NCBI GenBank assembly: GCA_963767155.1
Contig: CAVYCU010000002.1
Coordinates: 953,746 to 1,017,745 of the forward strand
DNA from: an uncultured Acidimicrobiaceae bacterium
Lineage (GTDB): Bacteria; Actinomycetota; Acidimicrobiia; Acidimicrobiales; RAAP-2
DNA length: 64,000 nucleotides
Direction of reading: 5' to 3'
A program made the translations under genes and the position numbers. Positions within the stretch are counted from its first letter, which is position 1; the number at the start of each line of letters is the position of its first letter. Below are positions 46,335 to 54,513 of this stretch, piece after piece. The notes beneath the pieces are model-generated. The model made no database searches, was not told where the DNA came from, and saw only the letters and a list, made by a program, of their open reading frames with translations.

Positions 46335-47516
46335 ATGAGCAACGAATGGTTCGAGACGGTTCTGGAGGCCCAGCGCCGGGCCAAGAAGCGCCTGCCCAAG
46401 TCCGTCTACGCCGCGCTGGTGGCCGGCTCCGAAAAGGGCATCACGGTCGAGGACAACATCGCCGCCTACGGCGAACTGGGATTCGCTCCCCACGTGGCCG
46501 GGTCGCCGGCGAGCCGGGACCTCTCCACCACGGTCATGGGTCAGAACATCTCGTTCCCGGTGCTGATCTCGCCGACCGGCGTCCAGGCCGTGCACCCCGA
46601 CGGCGAGGTCGCCGTCGCCCGCGCCGCCGCCGCCCGGGGCACGGCCATGGGTCTGAGCTCGTTCGCCAGCAAGCCGGTCGAAGACGTGGTGGCCGCCAAC
46701 CCCCAGACCTTCTTTCAGGTCTACTGGGTCGGCACCCGCGACGACGTCCTCGCAACGGATCGAGCGGGCCCGCGCCGCCGGAGCGGTCGGCTTGATCGCC
46801 ACTTTGGATTGGTCGTTCTCCCACGGACGCGACTGGGGCAGCCCGGTCATCCCCGAGACGCTCGACCTCAAGGCGATGGCGCGCTTCGCGCCCGAAGCGC
46901 TGACTCCGCCCGCGCTGGTTGTACGACTTCGCCAAGTCCGGGCAGCTGCCCGATCTCACCGCGCCGAACATGGGCGAAGAAGGGCGAGACCGGTCCCACC
47001 TTCTTCGGTGCCTACGGAGCCTGGATGCAGACGCCTCCGCCGAGTTGGGAGGACGTGGCCTGGCTGCGCCAGCAATGGGAAGGGGCGTTCATGCTCAAGG
47101 GCGTCTCGCGCCTCGACGATGCCAAGCGCGCGGTCGACGCCGGCGTCACCGCGATCTCGGTCTCGAACCACGGGGGGAACAACCTCGACGGCACGCCCGC
47201 GACGATCCGCGCCCTGCAGCCGATCGCGCAGACTGTCGGCGATCAGGTCGAGGTGCTGCTCGACGGGGGGATCCGACGCGGCAGCGACGTGGTCAAGGCG
47301 CTCGCCCTCGGGGCCCGGGCCGTCATGATCGGCCGGGCCTACCTCTGGGGGCTGGCCGCCAACGGGCAGGCCGGGGTGGAGAACGTGCTCGACATCCTGC
47401 GGAGCGGCATCGAGTCGGCCCTTCTCGGACTAGGGCACTCGTCCATCCACGACCTGACGCCGGACGATCTGATCATTCCCCCCGGGTTCAGCCGCCGTCT
47501 CGGGGCTAATCCGTAA
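46335..47516 (+). pseudogene. mftD: mycofactocin FMN-dependent oxidative deaminase MftD (alpha-hydroxy-acid oxidase fold), 3 frameshifts
   Basis: MSNEWFETVLEAQRRAKKRLPKSVY..FFQVYWVGTRDDVL is in frame 0. QRIERARAAGAVGLIATLDWSFSHGRDWGSPVIPE..EALT is in frame 1. RPRWLYDFAKSGQLPDLTAPNMG is in frame 2. KKGETGPTFFGAYGAWM..SVSNHGGNNLDG..DGGIRRGSDVVKALALGA..GRAYLWGLA is back in frame 0, with the stop at 47516. Shifts are near 46750, 46905 and 46978. Confidence 0.85.
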
Positions 47517-47530
47517 ACACCTCTCTGCGG

Positions 47531-48682
47531 CTACGCGTCGAATTTGACGACGCCGCGGATGATCGTGCCGGCGGCCTGGTCGTCGTAGCCCTGCTGCACC
47601 TGATCGAGGGTGTACTCGTGCGTGATGATCTCATCGATCTTGAGCTGACCGTCCTCGTAGAGGTTGAGCAGATTGGGCACCTGGACCCGCGGGCTGGCCG
47701 AGCCGAACACGGTCCCCAGAAGGGCCTGGTTGTACATGGCGAAGTTGAAGAGGTCCAACTTGACGTCTATCTGGTCGAAGGGCGCGATTGCCGTCACGAC
47801 GATGCGGGCGTCCTTGGAACCGAGTGCGCACGCCGATGCGATGAGCTCGCCCTTGAGGACTCCTGGCGTCAGGATCACGACGTCTGCGTTACGCCCTTTC
47901 GTCAATTCGGGCAGCATGAATTGCGCATCGAGGAGCGATGGCGCGGTGTGCGTGGCGCCGACCTCCTTGGCCTTCTCCAGTTTGAAGGGGACCGGGTCGA
48001 CCGCAATGATGGTGCGCGCGCCGGCGATACGTGCCCCCTGGATGGCGCCCGACCCGACACCACCACATCCGACCACGACCACGGTCTCCCCGGGCTTCAC
48101 CTTGGCCCGGTCAACCGCCGATCCGAAGCCGGTGGAGATACCGCAGCTGATGAGCGCCGCCGCTTTCATGTTGACGTCCGGGTCGACGCGGACCAACGAA
48201 TTCTCGTGACAGACCATTTCGTCCGCGAAGGTCCCCAGTTGCGCCATCCGGTTGAGGTTCGCACCATCGAGGTGGTACCGGTACGTCCCGTCGCTGATCA
48301 TGCCGCCGGCCAGCGTCGTCATCCCGAGGTCGCACAGGTTCTGGCGGCCCGAAGCGCACCAGTGACAGGTCCCGCACGACGGGACGAACGACACCGCCAC
48401 GTGATCGCCGAGGGCGACCTGTGTCACGTTGGTCCCGACCTCGGTCACGATGCCCGATCCCTCGTGTCCACCGACGACCGGGAACATGGATGGTACGCCG
48501 ATCAATTCCAGTACTTCGGGCGGAGCGCTGATATCACCGGTGCGCAGGTGCTCGTCGGAGTGGCACATGCCGGAATACACCATCTTCACCCGGACCTCAC
48601 GGTTGCCCGGGGGGTCGATGTCGACCTCTTCGGTCTTCCAGGGCTCGTTCAATCCGGAGCAGACCACCGCACGCGTTCTCAT
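47531..48682 (-). CDS. Zn-dependent alcohol dehydrogenase (candidate mycofactocin/NDMA-dependent ADH)
   Basis: ATG at comp(48680..48682), preceded by GGAGAGG. Motifs are the catalytic Zn context (GMCHSDEH, GHEGSG), a structural Zn Cys cluster (CGTCHWCASGRQNLC) and a Rossmann motif (VVVVGCGGVG). The upstream 79 codons of the ORF look like spurious extension. Confidence 0.85.
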   Translation of the reverse strand: MRTRAVVCSGLNEPWKTEEVDIDPPGNREVRVKMVYSGMCHSDEHLRTGDISAPPEVLELIGVPSMFPVVGGHEGSGIVTEVGTNVTQVALGDHVAVSFVPSCGTCHWCASGRQNLCDLGMTTLAGGMISDGTYRYHLDGANLNRMAQLGTFADEMVCHENSLVRVDPDVNMKAAALISCGISTGFGSAVDRAKVKPGETVVVVGCGGVGSGAIQGARIAGARTIIAVDPVPFKLEKAKEVGATHTAPSLLDAQFMLPELTKGRNADVVILTPGVLKGELIASACALGSKDARIVVTAIAPFDQIDVKLDLFNFAMYNQALLGTVFGSASPRVQVPNLLNLYEDGQLKIDEIITHEYTLDQVQQGYDDQAAGTIIRGVVKFDA

Positions 48683-48859
48683 TGCACACCTCTCCGCTCG
48701 ACGACCCGGGCGTTGTCGCGTCGTCAGTATCGTTCGCCGCCGGGCCCCCGACAATCGCGAGTCCCGGCCTGAGGTCGACTGTAATGACCGGGCACTGGTT
48801 CGCGGGCGTGGGCAGGTGATGGCCGGACGCCAGACGACCTGCCGACTAACGTCGCTCCG

Positions 48860-49801
48860 GTGTCCACGGGCCTGACGACGCGCGGCCTGCCCATCGAGAT
48901 TTCGGGCCTGACCAAGCACTTCGGTTCAGTGCTGGCCGTCGACCACCTCGATTTCACCGTCGAACCGGGACGGGTCACCGGGTTCCTGGGGCCGAACGGT
49001 TCGGGCAAGACGACCACTTTGCGGATGCTGCTCGGCCTGGTGGCGCCGAACGCGGGGCGGGCCACCGTGGGAGGGCAGCTCTTCCGGGACCTGCCCAACC
49101 CGTCAGGCACGGTCGGCGCGGTGTTGGAGGCGACCAGCTTCCACCCGGCTCGGCGGGCCCGTACCCACTTGCGCATGGTCGCGCGGGCCGGTGGTCACGA
49201 CGAAGCCCGCGCCGATGTGGTCCTGGACCTGGTCGGCTTGACGGCGGATGCCAAGCGCAAGATCGGCGGCTTCTCCATGGGCATGCGCCAACGCCTCGAA
49301 CTGGCGAGCGCACTGGTCGGCGACCCCGACGTCCTGATCCTCGACGAGCCGTCCAACGGACTGGACCCGCAGGGCATCGCATGGCTGCGCGACCTCATGC
49401 GCTACCTGGCCGGAGAGGGCCGTACCATCCTCGTGTCGTCGCACCTCCTCGCCGAAATGGCCCAGACCATCGACAACGCCGTCATCGTCTCGCAGGGCAA
49501 GCTCCGGGCGCAGGGAACGTTGGAGTCGATCACCTCGGGCATCACCGAAGCCTCCATGCACGCCAGAACGCCAGAAGCCGATCGACTCTGCGCAGTGCTC
49601 ACCGAGGCCAATCTCCGGTTCCGCCGACTCTCCCAGGACCTGGTGGCCATCGACGGCATGACGCCGGAACAACTCGGACCGCTTCTGGCCAGCAACCAGA
49701 TCGTGCTCTACGAGCTGACCAATCAGGGCGCCGACCTCGAAGCGATCTTTCTGTCCCTTACCGCTGGCCTCGGCTTCGGAGAGATGGCGCCGCCGGCATG
49801 A
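48860..49801 (+). CDS. ABC transporter ATP-binding protein (ABC-2 exporter type)
   Basis: Walker A (GPNGSGKTT), signature (FSMGMRQRLELA) and Walker B (VLILDEP). Confidence 0.9.
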   Translation: MSTGLTTRGLPIEISGLTKHFGSVLAVDHLDFTVEPGRVTGFLGPNGSGKTTTLRMLLGLVAPNAGRATVGGQLFRDLPNPSGTVGAVLEATSFHPARRARTHLRMVARAGGHDEARADVVLDLVGLTADAKRKIGGFSMGMRQRLELASALVGDPDVLILDEPSNGLDPQGIAWLRDLMRYLAGEGRTILVSSHLLAEMAQTIDNAVIVSQGKLRAQGTLESITSGITEASMHARTPEADRLCAVLTEANLRFRRLSQDLVAIDGMTPEQLGPLLASNQIVLYELTNQGADLEAIFLSLTAGLGFGEMAPPA

Positions 49802-50600
49802 TCAACGCGATTCGATCCGAGCTCCTCAAAATGCGCACCATGCCCAGCATCTGGGTGTGCTTCGGGCTGACCCTCCCGCTCACTGCGCTGTTCGTGCTGG
49901 CGGTCTTCGCCAGCGCAGGGGGTTCCCCCGGCCACACCTTCTCCTTCGTGCAAACGCTCAACGACCGGCGCCAACTCCTGGGCTCGGGGTATTTCGGGAT
50001 CACCTTTCTCGCCCCGGTTCTCGGCGTCATCTGCATCACGAGCGAATACCGGCACAAGACGATCACCGCCACGCTCGTGCTTATCCCCCGTCGGGGCCGG
50101 GTCCTCGGCGCCAAAATCGTCGCCGTCGCCTGGTGGTGCCTGTTGGTGGCTCTTCTCGCCCTCGTCACGGCAATCGCCGTCGGGTTGCCCTGGAATGCCG
50201 CGCTGGGGGGCGTCACCTCGCAGGTCACCAGTCAGCTCGGGGCCGTGGTGCCCGGGTTGGTCGCCGCCACCATTCTCCTCGGTTTCTTCGGCCTCGGTTT
50301 CGGCACCTTGGTGAAGAACCAGGTCGCCGGCATCCTGCTCGGCGATCGGCGGGACCTTCATTCTCGAGCCGATCCTCGTGCTCCTCGCCCGGGGCATCTT
50401 CCAGCTACGACCTGAACTGGCTCCCGTCGTCGGCCGCGGCGGCCTTGGCCGGATCCCTCGCCCGGGGCGGTCTCGGGGGGAACCACGACGCCACATCGCA
50501 TCTGTTGACATGGTGGCAGGGTGGTCTGATCATGCTGGCGTGGGGCATCGTCCCGTTCGTGCTCGGGTACTTCACCACCGTTCGGCGCGACGTCACGTGA
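49798..50600 (+). pseudogene. ABC-2 type transporter permease, 2 frameshifts
   Basis: ATG at 49798 overlaps the ATPase stop (ATGA). The TM-rich sequence MINAIRSELLKMRTMPSIWV..VKNQVAGILL is followed by AIGGTFILEPILVLLARGIF in the next frame (shift ~50341). SYDLNWLPSSAAAALAG..IVPFVLGYFTTVRRDVT then follows in the third frame (shift ~50401). Removing one g and one c restores a single frame. Confidence 0.75.
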
Positions 50601-50642
50601 CAGCTGACGGCACTTCGGCCAGTGCCGCTGGCGCCGCACCTG

Positions 50643-52312
50643 TCAGCGGCGCAGGACCTCGCCGGGTCGCGCCGCCAGCCCTTCGTCGCTCGGTGCGCCG
50701 TCCACCCGGATGGGCACGCCATTGACCAAGGTGTGCGTGACGCCGATCGGCGCGTCAGCCGTCAGGCGCTCGCCGTGGGCCGGGAAGTCGTAGATCCGGC
50801 GCAGCGGTCCGGGAGCGATCGTCTCGGGGTCGAAGACACAGATGTCGGCCGCCTTGCCGACGGTGACCGTTCCCCGGTCGGCCAACCCGTAGACCTGCGC
50901 CGGCTCACCGGTCAACTTGTGGATGGCCCGCTCGAGCGGCATGACCCCGCGGCTCGCGTACCCAGTTCCCGAGCAGATCGGTCGAGAAGCAGGCATCGCA
51001 CAACTGGGAGACGTGCGCTCCCGAGTCCGCCAGGCCGAACAGCACGTTGTCGCGCGGCAGCAGCCATGCGATGCCCTCCTCGTCGTTGTTGGCCAGCACC
51101 GACCAGAAGCGTGCTTCGAGATCGTCGTCGAGCGAGATGTCGAGCACGACGTCGAGCGGAGAGCAGCCCCGCTCTTCGAGCCAACGCGACCACCGGCTTG
51201 TCGGTCAGTTCGGGGTGGGACGCCGACGTGGCGACCGCGATGTTGGCCCAATTGACCGGAATGGCTCCCCCGGCCCCGCCCGCCTCGGCCAGCGCCTTCT
51301 CCCGCCACGCGGGATCCCGGAAGGCCGCGATCCGCTCCTCTTTCGACTTCCCCATCAACGCGGCGAACATCGGGCGCATGTTCAGTGTGAAGGGCTCCAG
51401 GAGGTTCATCTGGAAGACCAACGGGCGACACGACACCTGCGGCCAGACTTCGATGCCCTCGGCCCAGGCTGCATCATGGTCGGCCATCACCTTTTCGTGA
51501 TACGGGTAGTCCGGCACCGTGAGCAATGCGGTCCACGTAAAGGGCCGGCCGATCTCGCGCTGGAGTGCGAACACCTCTTCGTGGGAGATCACCCCGCCCG
51601 GGAGCAGGGCCACCACGCCGCGCGTCCGACCGCGCAACGGTTGGAGGAGCGCACGCAATTCTTCGAGGTCGCCGACGCGTGAGGGAACGGGGCGCCCGCT
51701 GTCCCCACTATGCGTCGGCGATGCGCTCGACGCGAATCCGATGGCGCCACCCTCCATGGCTTCAGCCACGACCGCCTGCATGCGCGCCGTCTCATCCGGC
51801 GTGGCCGCACGCTGATACGCGTCGTCACCCATGACATACATGCGCACGGCCGTGTGCCCGACGTAGCAGGAGAAGTTCAACGCGGCACCGCGGCGCTCGA
51901 CCGCATTGAGGTATTGCGTGAAGGTCTCGAACTCGTCCCACGGCACGCCGACCGACAACGTGTCGAAACTCATGTCCTCGACATGCTGCAGGGTGTGCCC
52001 CAACAGGGCGACACCATCGGGCCGCACTGGGGCGATCGAGAATCCACAGTTGCCCGCCACGACCGTCGTGACGCCGTGAAACGACGACGGCGTCAGCGAA
52101 GGGTCCCAGAAGACCTGGGCGTCATAGTGCGTGTGGATGTCGATGAACCCGGGGGTGACCACCTGGCCCGTCGCATTTAGCACACGGGACCCGCTGAGTC
52201 CCGTGCCTATGGCAGAAATCCTGCCGTCAGTGACAGCCACATCGGCCACTTGGCCGGGCGACCCCGTCCCGTCGATGACCGTCCCACCCCTGATGACTAC
52301 GTCAGCGCTCAT
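50643..52312 (-). pseudogene. N-acyl-D-amino-acid deacylase (D-aminoacylase, amidohydrolase superfamily), 2 frameshifts
   Basis: ATG at comp(52310..52312) (MSADVVIRGGTVIDGTG..GFIDIHTHYD, with an HxH metal site). The frame changes at ~51200 (..HPELTDKPV / WLEERGCSPLDVVLDISLDDD..) and again at ~50950 (..DLLGNWVRE / RGVMPLERAIHKLTGEPAQVYGL..). Confidence 0.8.
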
Positions 52313-52465
52313 GACACCATCGTCGCAGCCTTGACGCCTCCGTGCACGCCTGCCAGGTGGCGGGCCGGCGAGCGGGGTCGGGTACGGTGGAACCGGAGAG
52401 GCGGATTTTCTCCCGCGGAACACGATTTCGGCGCCAGCGACGGCGTGTGACCGAGGTAGCCACAC

Positions 52466-53581
52466 ATGGGTTTGGGATTTCCACGAGGCAGGTCGGCCCC
52501 CGAGACGGTGGACCGGTTGCAGATAGCGGGCGCAATCATGGCGCCGTCGGACGGGCCCTCCCCCGTCGAGCTGGCCGACGCCGGCCGCGCCCCTCTCGGC
52601 TTGGGCGTCGTCCGGGACCACTACGTCCACAAGGTCCGCAAGACCCCGACGATCCGCATGGTGCCCGGCGCATTCCGCGTCGGGGGTCGCCTGTTGCAGT
52701 TCGCGGTCTCCGACAATGTCGGGGCGCACGGGCCCGACGGACCCGGCAGCCCGCCGATCTGGGCCGTGAACATCCACGGCTATTTCGCCGGCGGCGGGAT
52801 GTACTGGCGCGAGAGCGCCCGACTCGCCGAACAGCTCGGTTGGCGCGTCGTGAATCCCAGCCTCCCCGGCTTCGGGGGGAGTGATCCGCTGGACTGGCAC
52901 GACGTGTCAATGGAGATTCTGGCCAATCAGGTCATGGCGGTCCTCCGCCACGTCGATGCGGGCCCGGTCGTGGTGCTCGGCCATTCGATGGGCGGAGCGG
53001 TCGCCGTGCAATTCGCCCACGACCATGCTCGGCACACGCTGGGACTGATCTATCGCGACGGCGTGAGCACGCCTGCGTGGAAGACGCGTCACGGCGTTGT
53101 CTCCTCCATGCTCGCACCCTTCGCCCCCGACATCGCGCCCATGGTCGACCTCGCCACCGCGGCGGTCAGCGACATGCCGGACCTCCTGATCGGCCGGATG
53201 TTCTCGACCTTCCGTTCGGTACTTCCCGAAGTGCGGCGCAACGTCCGCACGGTCGGTCAGACACTCCCCATCGGGAGCCTGCTCATGTCGATCGATCAAC
53301 GTAGCGAGGTGCGGGAGCTCGTGGCCCAGCAGATTCCGATCCTCAACGAGTGGGGCTGTTTCGACCGCGTCACGCCCGCGGCGGTGGCCACGGAATTCGC
53401 CGACGTCGCCCGCGCGCCGGTGCAATGGGTGCCCGGCGGGCACAGTTGGATGCTGGCTCGTCCGCAAGGCCAGTCCGACGTTCTCCTCCACCTGGCTACC
53501 GGTAAGGAGTTCATGGCCAATGTCGATACGCGCTGGCGCCAGTTCACTGCACGCGACCACACGTTGCACGCCGTCAATTAA
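52466..53581 (+). CDS. alpha/beta hydrolase
   Basis: Nucleophile elbow VVLGHSMGGAVAV, with an upstream oxyanion-hole region NIHGYFAGG. An alternative start is the ATG at 52538 (MAPSDG..). Confidence 0.75.
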   Translation: MGLGFPRGRSAPETVDRLQIAGAIMAPSDGPSPVELADAGRAPLGLGVVRDHYVHKVRKTPTIRMVPGAFRVGGRLLQFAVSDNVGAHGPDGPGSPPIWAVNIHGYFAGGGMYWRESARLAEQLGWRVVNPSLPGFGGSDPLDWHDVSMEILANQVMAVLRHVDAGPVVVLGHSMGGAVAVQFAHDHARHTLGLIYRDGVSTPAWKTRHGVVSSMLAPFAPDIAPMVDLATAAVSDMPDLLIGRMFSTFRSVLPEVRRNVRTVGQTLPIGSLLMSIDQRSEVRELVAQQIPILNEWGCFDRVTPAAVATEFADVARAPVQWVPGGHSWMLARPQGQSDVLLHLATGKEFMANVDTRWRQFTARDHTLHAVN

Positions 53582-53620
53582 CGGCACCCTCGCGAGGAGC
53601 GGCCACGACATGGCGGGGCC

Positions 53621-54325
53621 GTGGCAGGTGGGGCGGTGATTGCCCGCCTGCTCGATCCGCTCCTCAACCTCCACGGTTGGGAGGCCTACTCGCTGGTCGG
53701 CGCGCTCGTCTTCGCCGAGGCGTCCATTCTGCTCGGCTTCTTCTTTCCCGGCGAGACGGCGGTCATCATCGGCGGGGTCGCTGCGTCCCGGGGCAACATC
53801 AACATCGTCGTCCTCATCGTGATCGTCGTGATCTGCGCCATCGCCGGCGATTCCGTCGGGTACCTGGTCGGGGAGAAGTGGGGGCGACGTCTGATACAGA
53901 CCTCGTTCCTGCGGAAACGCCAGCGTGTCCTCATCGCCGTATTCGACCAGCTGAACCGGCGCGGCGCCATCGTGGTCTTCCTGGCCCGCTTCACCGCGTT
54001 CCTCCGGGCTGTCGTCCCGGGATTGGCCGGCATCTCCTCCATGCCCTACCGCGTCTTCTTCCCGGCCAACGCGGCCGGCGGCCTCGTCTGGGGCACAGCT
54101 TTCTGCCTCCTCGGCTACTTCCTCGGCCACGCGTACACGCGGGTGGAGCATGCCTCGGGTATCGCGTCCGACATCTTCCTCGGGCTCATCGCCCTCGTCA
54201 TCGTCGCACTGACGATCCGTCGCAGGCGACGGGAGAAGGCCGAGCAGAGCGGCGGCGCCGACGTCGCTCCGGCGGACGGCATCTGGAAGGCGGGCGGGGG
54301 CCCCGACGGGACCGGCTCGTCGTAG
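53621..54325 (+). CDS. DedA family membrane protein
   Basis: 234-aa ORF with GTG start. It has the DedA/SNARE-associated signature region FAEASILLGFFFPGETAVIIGG and ..RFTAFLRAVVPGLAG. Confidence 0.85.
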   Translation: MAGGAVIARLLDPLLNLHGWEAYSLVGALVFAEASILLGFFFPGETAVIIGGVAASRGNINIVVLIVIVVICAIAGDSVGYLVGEKWGRRLIQTSFLRKRQRVLIAVFDQLNRRGAIVVFLARFTAFLRAVVPGLAGISSMPYRVFFPANAAGGLVWGTAFCLLGYFLGHAYTRVEHASGIASDIFLGLIALVIVALTIRRRRREKAEQSGGADVAPADGIWKAGGGPDGTGSS

Positions 54326-54513
54326 CCGCACGCATCGGGGCTGTCTGCGGTTGCGCGGATGATGGAGCGGCGGATCAATCATTCGTCGGTTCGTCGGCCA
54401 AGCCAACGAAACCGTGACCAAGTGGCGACGGCAAGATGAAATCTGTTGATCAGCTCCTTCAGTGACGAAGTGGCTGATGTAGAACCACGAGAGCCCTCAG
54501 CGAAAGGACGATC

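Noticed and set aside
45129-47516. 795-aa ORF that looks like an MftF-MftD fusion protein
   Set aside because: It is a chimera of in-frame and out-of-frame pieces. MftF-like and MftD-like similarity appears only in patches, and the intervening parts are Arg/Pro-rich nonsense whose real counterparts lie in the other two frames. It stays open because stops are rare, not because of a demonstrable fusion.
12481-47516. Programmed ribosomal frameshifting or transcriptional slippage as an explanation for the frame breaks
   Set aside because: There are up to 8-10 shifts per gene in both directions. I could find no shared slippery heptamer or stimulatory structure at the sites. The affected families (CoxL, MftF, MftD, ABC permease, D-aminoacylase) are not known to use recoding.
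52907-54421. 504-aa minus-strand ORF
   Set aside because: It is antisense to the alpha/beta hydrolase and DedA genes, both of which have clear family motifs on the plus strand. Its product is Arg/Asp/Gly-rich with no motif.
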